NCBI GenBank assembly: GCA_020718085.1
Contig: DYDB01000006.1
Coordinates: 8,510 to 72,509 of the forward strand
From: Micavibrio sp.
Lineage (GTDB): Bacteria > Patescibacteriota > Minisyncoccia > Moranbacterales > GCA-2747515
Direction of reading: 5' to 3'
DNA length: 64,000 nucleotides
Made by a program: the position numbers and the translations under genes. Under the pieces are notes generated by a model, which made no database searches, was not told where the DNA came from, and saw only the letters and a program-made list of their open reading frames with translations. Shown piece by piece: positions 40,286 through 49,796 of this stretch. Every line of letters begins with the position of its first letter. The first letter of the stretch is position 1.

Positions 40286-42979
40286 ATGAAAAAGTTTGCA
40301 CAGAGACCATATCACACCATGTCGTCTAGTGCGTCACTTCTGCATCTGCAAACATCTGAAAAGGGATTGAGTGATTTTGATGCCGCAGGACGTATCAATG
40401 CCTTTGGAAAGAACTCTTTGCCAATGCAAAAAAAGTTATCGCGAACACGTCTTTTTTTGCGACAATTTCACAATCCATTGATCTATATTGTGATCATCGC
40501 TGCGGTGGTTTCCTTTGCAATTGATCATGTTGTAGATGCATTTTTTATTCTTTTTGTGATCGTTCTCAATGCCGTTGTGGGATTTGTGCAAGAGAATAAA
40601 GCGGAGAGATCCCTTGAAAAATTGCGTGAGAGCATAAAACAATATGTACGAGTGATCCGCTCTGGACGTAAGAAAAAGGTGTTATCAGAGGATGTTGCTG
40701 TTGGGGACGTTGTGGATCTCATTGCGGGTGACCGCATTTCTGCAGATGGACGATTGTTCATGATAGCTGATTTTTATGTGAATGAATCCACCTTGACCGG
40801 TGAATGGCACGATGTGGAGAAAAACATTGATATTATCGATGAAAATATCATCACTTCCGATCAAAAGAACATGGTTTTTGCTGGTACAAATGTAACACAA
40901 GGTCATGCACTTTATGTCGTAACTGCAACAGGAGTGGATTCTGAGCTTGGTAAAATTTCTCATTTTGTACAGAGCACGGAGCAGGCGAAGACGCCTCTGC
41001 AAAAAAGATTTGCACAGCTTTCTGTGATCATAGGTTTTGCAATTTTTGTTGCGATTCTCGGATTCGCTTTTGTGGGTGTTTGGCGAGGACAAGATGTGAA
41101 AGATATCTTTATTGCAGCTACAGCCCTTACCGTAAGTGCAATTCCAGAAGGATTACTTCCTGCCGTGACGATCGTGCTGATTTTTGGCATGCGTCGATTG
41201 GCACGACAATACGCATTGGTGAGGAAATTAAATGCGAGTGAAACAATGGGTGCGATCACAACTATTTGCACAGATAAAACAGGCACGTTAACGGAAGGGA
41301 AAATGGGTGTTAGTCACATTCTTACTGGAGCAAATGAACTGTTGGACTTCAATGATGGTGGAATTACAACACATGCAAAACATAAGGATTTTTCTGGACA
41401 TATCAAAGCCTTGACAATTGCATCTGTCGTTAATGATGCATATGTGGAAAATTTACAAGATGAACTATCACAACCAATCGTGCATGGCAGACCGACTGAT
41501 CGGGCACTTTTGATGGCTGCGATACAGGTTGGAATCGATGTGGAGGCATTTCAATATGAATATCCATTAGTGGATCAAGAGTTTTTCAAATCGGAGAGCA
41601 AATATGCAGTTCGTATTCATCAGTGGGGTAAGGATAAAATGCGTATTATGATGTTGGGAGCACCAGAACAAGTGCTGTCCAAAGCTTCTTTTATTGATGT
41701 TCATGGAGTGCGCATGCCAATCAATTCAATTGAGGGGGATCGGCTCAAAGAAACATTTGAAGATCTCACGCGAAAAGGTTTGCGTGTTTTAGCGTGCAGT
41801 GAGCGTGTCTTGACGAATGAAACATTTCAGAGATTGTCAAAAGAAGAAAGATATGAGTCAATGTCCCTCGTTGGCTTCATCGCTCTCAAAGATCCTTTGC
41901 GTTATGATGTAGAAGAATCGTTGCATGTTGCAGAGCGGGCGGGCATTCGCCTTGTCGTTATTACGGGAGACCATGCTGTAACCGCAAGATCTGTGATGGC
42001 GGAATTAGGACATAATGTATCTGAACAAAATATCTGTCTTGGAACAGAAATGGATCATATGTCTGACGCACAATTACAAGAACGTGTAAAATATGTGCAG
42101 ATCTTTGCACGTGTTTTGCCGGAACATAAAATTAGGATCGTGCGTGCATTGCAAAATAATGGAGAAGTTGTGGCAATGGTGGGGGATGGTATCAATGATG
42201 CACCGGCAATTAAAGCATCAGATGTTGGCATCAGCATTGGAGAGGGTGCGGATATTGCAAGAGAAGTGTCGGACATTGTTCTTCTTAATAGTAGTTTTAC
42301 GACGATTATCAAGGCAATTGAGCAAGGGCGTGTGATCTATGAAAATATTCGCAGGGTTCTTATTTATCTTGTGGCGGATGATTTTTCTGAGATTTTTATT
42401 TTTTTTGTTGCAATGTTCTTTGGTTGGCCATTACCTCTTTTGCCTCTGCAGATATTATGGATCAATATGATCGAAGATAGTTTTCCAAATATTGCACTAA
42501 CGACAGAATATGACAGTAAGAATTTAATGAAGGAGCCACCACGTAGTCCACACGAACCGATCATCTCCTCCGCATATAAAAAATTTATGAGCATCGTTTT
42601 TATCGTATCCGGACTTGCTGCAACATTTATTTTTTGGGTAACGCGAGAGATCACACAGGATATTGATACGGCGCGCACAGCTGCTTTTGTACTCATTTCC
42701 CTAGATTCCTTGATCTTTGTGTATGTCATCAGAAGCATGCGACAATATATTGTACGTCATGATATTTTTGATAATAAGTATGTGAATTATGCAGTGTTAT
42801 TATCATTTGTGATCCTTCTGGCAGGTTTATATATCCCATTATTTGCGCAATTTTTGGGCACTGTGCCATTATCTGGTGACATGTGGATCGTAATTGCGCT
42901 CATAACGATCATTGAAGTGGTGATATTTGAGGCAAGTAAAGGCATGTTATTTATACGACAAACGCAAGCGAAAATGTAA
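40286..42979 (+). CDS. Cation-translocating P-type ATPase (P2A-like)
   Basis: DKTGTLT, PEGL, TGD, GDGINDAPA and LTGE. Confidence 0.93.
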   Translation: MKKFAQRPYHTMSSSASLLHLQTSEKGLSDFDAAGRINAFGKNSLPMQKKLSRTRLFLRQFHNPLIYIVIIAAVVSFAIDHVVDAFFILFVIVLNAVVGFVQENKAERSLEKLRESIKQYVRVIRSGRKKKVLSEDVAVGDVVDLIAGDRISADGRLFMIADFYVNESTLTGEWHDVEKNIDIIDENIITSDQKNMVFAGTNVTQGHALYVVTATGVDSELGKISHFVQSTEQAKTPLQKRFAQLSVIIGFAIFVAILGFAFVGVWRGQDVKDIFIAATALTVSAIPEGLLPAVTIVLIFGMRRLARQYALVRKLNASETMGAITTICTDKTGTLTEGKMGVSHILTGANELLDFNDGGITTHAKHKDFSGHIKALTIASVVNDAYVENLQDELSQPIVHGRPTDRALLMAAIQVGIDVEAFQYEYPLVDQEFFKSESKYAVRIHQWGKDKMRIMMLGAPEQVLSKASFIDVHGVRMPINSIEGDRLKETFEDLTRKGLRVLACSERVLTNETFQRLSKEERYESMSLVGFIALKDPLRYDVEESLHVAERAGIRLVVITGDHAVTARSVMAELGHNVSEQNICLGTEMDHMSDAQLQERVKYVQIFARVLPEHKIRIVRALQNNGEVVAMVGDGINDAPAIKASDVGISIGEGADIAREVSDIVLLNSSFTTIIKAIEQGRVIYENIRRVLIYLVADDFSEIFIFFVAMFFGWPLPLLPLQILWINMIEDSFPNIALTTEYDSKNLMKEPPRSPHEPIISSAYKKFMSIVFIVSGLAATFIFWVTREITQDIDTARTAAFVLISLDSLIFVYVIRSMRQYIVRHDIFDNKYVNYAVLLSFVILLAGLYIPLFAQFLGTVPLSGDMWIVIALITIIEVVIFEASKGMLFIRQTQAKM

Positions 42980-43027
42980 GGATAAAAAAACGCGCACTTT
43001 CATTTTTTTGGGAAGACTGTTACAGTA

Positions 43028-44113
43028 ATGATATGTAAAAATAGTATGATGCATAACGATATGATCCTCAAAAATCTCAATATTTATTTCTTTCTGGCAC
43101 TTCTGATAGGTGGTTCTATCGCGGGGTTTTTACTTGTCAAACCATTTCTTGGAGCTATATTCATTGCCGCGCTTTTTGCCGTACTTTTTAATAGACCTTA
43201 TGAGTATATAAGTGCAAAAATGCACAGTCCGGCGATCGCATCTGCGATCATGCTTTGTATTGTGGTCATCACGATCATTTTGCCGATCATATTTATTTCT
43301 GGATTGGTAGTTAGTGAAGTGTCGCAAGTGATTGCCGAGGCTACAATAGAAGATTCTGGTATGCGAAAATCTGTGGATGCGGTTGTAGAAAAGGTCTCAC
43401 AATTGCCATTTTCAGAAAAAGTGCTACATAACATAACACTGGACAGCATTAATGAAGAACAAGTTGTGAGAGTGTTAAAAAATACCGCATCATTCTTTCA
43501 AGCCGCATATCAAAGTGTTGTTAATGGTGTGATCGGATTTTTTGTGATGCTTTTTACGTTATTTTATTTCTTTATTGACGGACGACGTTTTGTGCACTAT
43601 GGAATGCAACTGAGTCCGCTACAGGATAGACATGAAGTGAAATTGATCCAGGAATTTATCTCCATGACACGCGCAACATTAAAAGGCACTGTTGTAATTG
43701 GATGTATTCAAGGAATCATCGGTGGTATTGCATTTGCAATTGCAGGAGTTGTTTCACCAATTTTTTGGATGGTTGTAATGATCGTCTTTAGTATTATTCC
43801 TGCTGTGGGAGCAGGTTTTGTGATCTTTCCTACAGCGATTGTGATGCTTCTCTTGGGGCATGTGTGGCAAGCGATCTTCCTGATCGTGGTCGGAACACTT
43901 GTATCAATTATTGACAATATTTTGCGACCAAAACTAGTCGGAAATGATACCCAGATGCATAGCTTGGCAGTATTCTTCGCAACGCTTGGCGGACTAAAGC
44001 TTTTTGGATTCATTGGATTTGTCGTTGGTCCGATCATTATGGCGCTCATGCTTGCAATGTGGAAGATCTACGCTGTTGAATTCAAAAAAGATCTGGAGCG
44101 ATTTAACGCATAG
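43028..44113 (+). CDS. AI-2E family transporter (start may be ATG 43061)
   Basis: DNILRPKLVG, GGL.LFG..GFVVGP and multiple TM helices. Confidence 0.88.
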   Translation: MICKNSMMHNDMILKNLNIYFFLALLIGGSIAGFLLVKPFLGAIFIAALFAVLFNRPYEYISAKMHSPAIASAIMLCIVVITIILPIIFISGLVVSEVSQVIAEATIEDSGMRKSVDAVVEKVSQLPFSEKVLHNITLDSINEEQVVRVLKNTASFFQAAYQSVVNGVIGFFVMLFTLFYFFIDGRRFVHYGMQLSPLQDRHEVKLIQEFISMTRATLKGTVVIGCIQGIIGGIAFAIAGVVSPIFWMVVMIVFSIIPAVGAGFVIFPTAIVMLLLGHVWQAIFLIVVGTLVSIIDNILRPKLVGNDTQMHSLAVFFATLGGLKLFGFIGFVVGPIIMALMLAMWKIYAVEFKKDLERFNA

Positions 44114-44115
44114 CT

Positions 44116-44946
44116 ATGCAGGAATTTTGGCAACATCTTCCCGAATATTTTGATCCGATCGCATTTTCGATTGGAGAATTTTCGGTTTTTTGGTATTCGC
44201 TTATGTGGCTTACGGCATTTGCTGTGTGTTATGGCATGTTGGTATACCGTATGAGAAACAAAGAAATTGCATATGATAGGGAGTTAATTCAAGATGTCAT
44301 AACCAATGCACTTTTTGGTGCGTTGGTGGGAGGGCGATTGGGGTACGTGTTTTTCTATGATCTGTCATACTACGTTACAAATCCACTATCTATAATTTCT
44401 CCATACGACTTTAATTTGGGAGAATGGGTTGGCATCTATGGCATGAGCTATCATGGGGGTGTGATTGGTGTGGCGATTGCCATTTTTTTAATAGCACACA
44501 AAAAGAATATACGTGTGTTGAAGCTTTATGATCTCATAGTACCTGTTGTGCCATTCGGTTATATGTTCGGGCGTATTGGAAATTTTCTCAATCAGGAGTT
44601 AGTGGGGCGTATCACAACATCGCCTGTAGGCATGTATTTCAATGAGGAATCAGTACTGCGTCATCCATCGCAATTATATGAAGCTTTTTTCGAAGGCTTG
44701 GTATTATTTGGGATCATGTGGCAATTGCGCAATAAAGAGTTTTCGACAGGAACGCTTTCGGCGCTTTATCTCATGCTATATTCATTTTTTCGGTTTGTGA
44801 TCGAATTTTACCGTGCGCCTGATGAGCATCTTGGTCTCATTGTCGGCAATCTCACAATGGGACAGTTATTGTCGATTGGCGCCATCATTCTAAGTACGGG
44901 ATTTTTAATATATCGGAGAATGCATCGTGATCAAAAATTCTCATAA
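44116..44946 (+). CDS. lgt: Prolipoprotein diacylglyceryl transferase
   Basis: GGRLGYV.FY, GMSYHGG, GRIGNF.N.E..GR, RHPSQLYE and RF..EF.R.PD. Confidence 0.95.
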   Translation: MQEFWQHLPEYFDPIAFSIGEFSVFWYSLMWLTAFAVCYGMLVYRMRNKEIAYDRELIQDVITNALFGALVGGRLGYVFFYDLSYYVTNPLSIISPYDFNLGEWVGIYGMSYHGGVIGVAIAIFLIAHKKNIRVLKLYDLIVPVVPFGYMFGRIGNFLNQELVGRITTSPVGMYFNEESVLRHPSQLYEAFFEGLVLFGIMWQLRNKEFSTGTLSALYLMLYSFFRFVIEFYRAPDEHLGLIVGNLTMGQLLSIGAIILSTGFLIYRRMHRDQKFS

Positions 44947-44996
44947 TGGTCAATAATCAGAAAAAATCTAAATATTTTTTATTATAGTTTAATCAC

Positions 44997-45839
44997 ATGG
45001 AGCATGTTTCCGCATTTATTTTTGCAACGTTTCAGGAAGCATTTGAGTATATGCATCCATATCTTTCCAATTATCAAAAATTTTCCAGATCTTTATCAAA
45101 ACAGATCAAGGTCAAAGAAAATGATAATATTCAATACAGCTTTGATGTGAAACTGGATCAGATGATCAAAAATAAAATTGAAGAATTTGGTATTACTGGA
45201 AAGATATTTTCAGAAGAAAGCGGATTTTTTGAATGTGGAAAAAATGTCTACAGAGTTGTCTATGATCCATTTTGTAACAGTTCTCTAGCAACGCGCACTT
45301 TTCAAGAAGCAGCTATCGGCATTTCTGTTTTTAGTTATGACTATGAATTTATCACTTCCGCCATTATGGATTTTCAAACTGGCATTGTGGGAATCGTGCA
45401 AGATGGAAAAAGTAATTTTTATCAAATTCAATCAAAAGAACAACTTATTTTTGATTATGTTAAAAATGAAACTCTTGAAGATTCTTGGGCTGTGATTACG
45501 TTGGAAAATCGTGAGGAAAGAAAAAATGTAGATGAAATTTTTGACATATTGAAAAAAACAAAAAGGATCATTGTCAGTAGTGGTCATATATACTGGCTAA
45601 AATTGGCAACTGGTATGATAGATATCTATGCTGACCCTTTTGGTGGAGAAAAGTTATATGAAATGTTCGCATGTACCGTGGCTCAGAAAAATGGTTGCAT
45701 TGTTACTGATAAGGATGGAAAATATTTTGATCCGGTTGAAAATTTGAAAATATTTGAGAACGATCAAAATCATATATATTATCCTGTTGCTACAACAAAT
45801 GAGGCTTTACATAAAGAGATTCTTAAACATATAAAATAA
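44997..45839 (+). CDS. Inositol monophosphatase/FBPase-superfamily protein (divergent)
   Basis: D...D, SEESG, DPFCNS (in the DPxDGT position), LATG.ID and G.IVTD..G. Confidence 0.65.
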   Translation: MEHVSAFIFATFQEAFEYMHPYLSNYQKFSRSLSKQIKVKENDNIQYSFDVKLDQMIKNKIEEFGITGKIFSEESGFFECGKNVYRVVYDPFCNSSLATRTFQEAAIGISVFSYDYEFITSAIMDFQTGIVGIVQDGKSNFYQIQSKEQLIFDYVKNETLEDSWAVITLENREERKNVDEIFDILKKTKRIIVSSGHIYWLKLATGMIDIYADPFGGEKLYEMFACTVAQKNGCIVTDKDGKYFDPVENLKIFENDQNHIYYPVATTNEALHKEILKHIK

Positions 45840-45873
45840 GAAAGATCCAAATAATGAGAGAAACTTTAAATTT

Positions 45874-46436
45874 ATGAATACAGAATTTGAGGTTAAAATA
45901 TTGGCAATTGATATTGATGAGATCATTGTGAAATTGGCAGAATTGGGAGCAGAAAAAATTGGTGAAAAACAGCAAAGAAGGTTTGTGTATGATCTCATGC
46001 CAAAAAAAGAAAATTTATGGATCAGATTGAGAACGGATGGACAAAAGACAACAATGACCCTCAAAGAAATTCAAAATGATAAGATCGATGGCACGAAAGA
46101 AATCGAAATTCTTGTCGATGATTTTGATAAAACAAAAATTTTTCTGGAAAAATTGGGATATGAACATAAGAGTTATCAAGAAAATAGGCGTACAAGCTAT
46201 ATTCTGGATGGCGTGGAAATAGAAATTGATCTTTGGCCTCTTATTCCGCCATATGTGGAAATCGAAGGAAAGTCTGTTGATATGAAGTTGAACGAATGGT
46301 GAAATTACTCGGATGTGAATCGTCACAAACAACGTCGATGAGCGTGAGTGATGTTTATAAAAAATACGGCATAGATATTGCTTCTATGAAAGAGTTGAAA
46401 TTTGGATCAAAAAACAAAGATGCAAATGTGACATGA
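45874..46436 (+). pseudogene. CYTH-domain (CyaB/thiamine triphosphatase-like) gene with a frameshift at ~46282
   Basis: N-terminal EFEVK, WIRLR, EIE and PYVEIEG motifs. Removing an extra AT in GTTGATATGAAGTT restores a read-through ...VDEVERMVKLLG...VYKKYGIDI...ELKF... to TGA 46436. Confidence 0.7.
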
Positions 46437-46481
46437 AATGTATCTCACACTTTTTTCAAAAATGTGGTATACTGTCTTGGT

Positions 46482-47795
46482 ATGGATATAGGTGAAGATT
46501 ATTCGCATCTATATGCGGGTGAAATAAAAAAACGGAAAAAGAAAATATATACAGACGGTTTAAAAGTTGTCGCGAAGAAACTCTGCGTTGATGCAGTGCG
46601 CGCACAAATGGGAGAACGTCATAATAATATTTCTGCCTTACTTCTACGGGGTGAGCGCACGAGTTTTTTTGTTACTGAAGATTCTGGTAAATATATCACT
46701 CCACTTGCACAACAAAAATACATGCAGAGCTATGAGCGCATCAACGCTGGGATGCGTTTTGATAGTGTGCATATTCGCTATCAAAAAAAATATACTGTCG
46801 GTGAAATGCATGTAAAACAATTGTCGGTTTATACAGATCGTTTCTTCAACACGGTGGAAAATTATCGCGCAGCCCTGCGTATTACGATGTCGCCTGTGCG
46901 TATGTACCAAGTTTCACTTGGAGGTGCGATGATATTTGGCATGGTTTCCATGAGCATGATCTATCAGAACCTTGGTCCCAGTGTATTTGCTGAGGGATTA
47001 GAAAATGTTATGAATAAAAATGATGATGCAAAAGAGGTTGTGCGCGTGATCGAAAATGTTGCCGATGAAAAAGAGCTTGTACAAGAAGAAAAAGTAGATG
47101 AAGGAAATGAAGATGTAAAAGAAGACGTGCAGGAAGAGATTAAGAGGACTGATGAAGTTTCTAAAGAAGAGGGACAGATCAAAAATGAAGATGAAAATAT
47201 ACAAAAGTCGGAACCGGTGATCATGTCGGATATTGTACCAAAGAATACGGAAGCGACTTCGCAGGAAAAACAAACGTCCGAAGAAAATAAAATGCAGGTT
47301 GTAACAAAATCAGTTGATAGTGTTGTCAAAAAGGAAGATGTGACAGAATCTGAAAGCATATCGGAAAAAACTCTTGAAGAATTGGCATATGAAACAGTAA
47401 AAGGACATCCAATTGAAAAGATGTTGCCATACATTCTCGAGCAGGATCCTGAAGTGGCAAAATATTTTATTGCCATTTCAAAACAAGAAAGCGGTTTTGG
47501 TGAACATGTGCCGGTTCTTAACGGACAGGATTGCTATAACTATCTTGGGTATCGTGGAAAGCGCAAGTTGATGGGAACGGGTGGACATACATGTTTTAAT
47601 AGCCGTAAGGATGCAGTGGAAACGATCAGTAAGCGTATCAAAACATTGATCTATGATCAGGATCAGAACACAGCACGAAAGCTTGTGGGTACATGGAAAT
47701 GTGGTAGCAAGGATTGTGCCGGACACTCAAAAGAGAGTGTCGATCGATGGGTGGGTTCTGTGGGGTCAACATATGATCAATTATCTGGAAAATGA
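46482..47795 (+). CDS. Membrane-anchored protein with acidic linker and C-terminal lysozyme/glucosaminidase-like domain
   Basis: One TM, an E/K-rich stalk and IAISKQESGFG...CYNYLGY...CF...AV; paralogue of 58718-59536. Confidence 0.55.
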   Translation: MDIGEDYSHLYAGEIKKRKKKIYTDGLKVVAKKLCVDAVRAQMGERHNNISALLLRGERTSFFVTEDSGKYITPLAQQKYMQSYERINAGMRFDSVHIRYQKKYTVGEMHVKQLSVYTDRFFNTVENYRAALRITMSPVRMYQVSLGGAMIFGMVSMSMIYQNLGPSVFAEGLENVMNKNDDAKEVVRVIENVADEKELVQEEKVDEGNEDVKEDVQEEIKRTDEVSKEEGQIKNEDENIQKSEPVIMSDIVPKNTEATSQEKQTSEENKMQVVTKSVDSVVKKEDVTESESISEKTLEELAYETVKGHPIEKMLPYILEQDPEVAKYFIAISKQESGFGEHVPVLNGQDCYNYLGYRGKRKLMGTGGHTCFNSRKDAVETISKRIKTLIYDQDQNTARKLVGTWKCGSKDCAGHSKESVDRWVGSVGSTYDQLSGK

Positions 47796-47808
47796 TCATG
47801 ACTCTGTG

Positions 47809-47833
47809 AAAAGGCGTAATAAACGCCTTTTTT
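47809..47833 (+). terminator. Intrinsic terminator
   Basis: Stem aaaaggcgt/acgcctttt followed by a T-run. Confidence 0.6.
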
Positions 47834-47919
47834 GTGTAGTTGCTAAGAACTTGTCAGATATTATTTTACTGGTAATATTGTAATTGTTTTGATTTTTATA
47901 AAAAATAATTTGCATAATA

Positions 47920-48095
47920 AGTAACTGTCTAGTATCTCACCGTCATAAAATGATTTGTCGATTGAAATGCAAAAATTTCGGCTGCAAAACATTCAGATCT
48001 CGTCATGTTACCTATGGGTAGCGTTCTCTCGATCTTCATGTTTTTCGCTCGAAATTTTAGAATTTCAATTCGACATGAGATATTAGACAGTTACT
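47920..48095. mobile_element. MITE-like 176-bp palindromic element
   Basis: 20-bp terminal inverted repeat with one mismatch (agtaactgtctagtatctca/tgagatattagacagttact) and a nested inner inverted repeat (tgtcgattgaaat..aaaatttcg/cgaaatttt..atttcaattcgaca); no transposase ORF. Confidence 0.6.
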
Positions 48096-48105
48096 AAGCA
48101 TTTCT

Positions 48106-49137
48106 ATGGAAAAGAGCAAAAGGATGTTGATCGCACTCAATAAAAAGCATTCCGAAATGTTTCAAAGTCAGAGGTTGGAACGGGAGTTGTATCTTTCACA
48201 GCATCCTACAAATGTGATCGTTTTTAAATGTATGGATGGACGCATTCACATGCCGACAGTAACACGTACTCCGCTTGGTATTATGCAACCATTTCGCAAC
48301 ATCGGAGGAAGGTTTGATTTAGGATGGCCGATGCTGAATGAGTCTTTTGATCAACATATCAAAAAAGCGGTGTCGAAAGGTAATCGTACACTCGTTTTGG
48401 TTACATATCATTTTTCCGCCGGTGATGAACATCGTGGTTGTGCAGGATTTAATTATGATTGCGAAGAATCGAAAAGATTCACAGAAAACTTTCGCAAACA
48501 AATTTTGCGTACATATGGAAAAGATAATGGTGTTGTCTACCCGATCCTTGTGGGCTTGGAAACTGATAAAGATGCGCTGATATTTCATGGGGAGCGTGGA
48601 CGCATTTTGGATGTGTCACAAATCGTTGATGCATCATTTGAATCATTATTTGTGTCATTTCATAAATTATATCCATCAATGCCGGAACGTATCCTACATG
48701 ATCTGATCCCATTGGTACAGGGTAATGTGCAATGTATTAAAGAAACAATGAACATGGGCAAGCCGCTCAAGCAAATGGTGCATGGTGAATGGATATTAGC
48801 TGTTGGAAAAGGTTTTGATTGGTTACATACGCCGAACATCGCTCTTATCGTAGGACCGTATGATCCGAATATTGGAGAACCGATCAAAAAAGCGGTAGGG
48901 ATCATCAAATCAAATTTACATACAAAAAAGACGAAAGACGGGTTTGTTCTCTTGTCATCAGCAGTATATTCTGACGCTGCGGAAAAAAACCGAGCAAAAG
49001 AACGCACGACATATCTTAGCAATTTAACACAAGAGATCATTGCGCAGCATTATGCGGATATGATTGCACGTACACATGTAATGTCTGTGATCATCAATGC
49101 ACAAACAATGGAAATGGAAATGATCAATCGAAAATAA
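48106..49137 (+). CDS. CsoSCA-like (carboxysome-type) beta-carbonic anhydrase homologue lacking the N-terminal extension
   Basis: FKCMDGRIH (Cys-x-Asp-x-Arg), YHFS.GD.HRGCAGF (His/Cys zinc ligands), G.ETD.DAL.FH and HGE...VGKGFDWL. Confidence 0.75.
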   Translation: MEKSKRMLIALNKKHSEMFQSQRLERELYLSQHPTNVIVFKCMDGRIHMPTVTRTPLGIMQPFRNIGGRFDLGWPMLNESFDQHIKKAVSKGNRTLVLVTYHFSAGDEHRGCAGFNYDCEESKRFTENFRKQILRTYGKDNGVVYPILVGLETDKDALIFHGERGRILDVSQIVDASFESLFVSFHKLYPSMPERILHDLIPLVQGNVQCIKETMNMGKPLKQMVHGEWILAVGKGFDWLHTPNIALIVGPYDPNIGEPIKKAVGIIKSNLHTKKTKDGFVLLSSAVYSDAAEKNRAKERTTYLSNLTQEIIAQHYADMIARTHVMSVIINAQTMEMEMINRK

Positions 49138-49142
49138 GATAT

Positions 49143-49171
49143 TTGACAGGCACACCGGAGGAGAGTACCAT
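49143..49171 (+). promoter_or_regulatory. Possible sigma70 promoter for the Ehr-like operon
   Basis: TTGACA-17bp-TACCAT. Confidence 0.45.
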
Positions 49172-49241
49172 ATAGTCTATAAAAAAGCACAAATTGGCAT
49201 CAAAGAGTGACATGCCATGTTTTATAGTGTGAAAAAACTTT

Positions 49242-49787
49242 ATGAAAATTTTTAAGCTGATCTACCTATTGGTTTTTGGAAAAAAAGTAACGGAAAAACG
49301 AAAAAAATTCGAAGAAAAAAACCAGAGCGGAAAAGAATTTGATGTCATTGGTGCAGAGGTGCAACAAATCATCAAAAAATTGTACAATGGTCGATCCTTA
49401 CGCATTCGCGCTGTTGATGCTGGTTCAACCAATGCGGAAGAAATCGAGCTGACAGCATTAAATAATGCATATTATGACATTGATCGCTTTGGCTTGAGTT
49501 TTGTTGCATCGCCGCGTCATGCGGACATGCTCTTTGTAACAGGTCCGGTTACGAGAAATTTGGAAAACGCTCTTCGTACGACATATGAGGCTGCACCACA
49601 GCCGTGTATTGTGGTTGCTGTTGGAGATGGTGCATGTACGGGGGGAATATGGAAAGATTCATATGCTGTAGTTGGTGCCGTGGATCAGGTGATACCAGTG
49701 CATGTGCGTATTCCGGGAGACCCGCCAACCCCAACAGAGATCTTGCGGGGCATATTAACAGCGCTGAAAACAAATAACTCACAATAA
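49242..49787 (+). CDS. NuoB/HyfI-like small subunit of an Ehr-like complex, lacking the Fe-S cysteines
   Basis: RFG..FVASPRHAD.L.VTGPVT is conserved; GSCNGC, GDCA and PGCPP appear as GSTNAE, GDGA and PGDPP. Confidence 0.88.
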   Translation: MKIFKLIYLLVFGKKVTEKRKKFEEKNQSGKEFDVIGAEVQQIIKKLYNGRSLRIRAVDAGSTNAEEIELTALNNAYYDIDRFGLSFVASPRHADMLFVTGPVTRNLENALRTTYEAAPQPCIVVAVGDGACTGGIWKDSYAVVGAVDQVIPVHVRIPGDPPTPTEILRGILTALKTNNSQ

Positions 49788-49796
49788 TTCATATTT

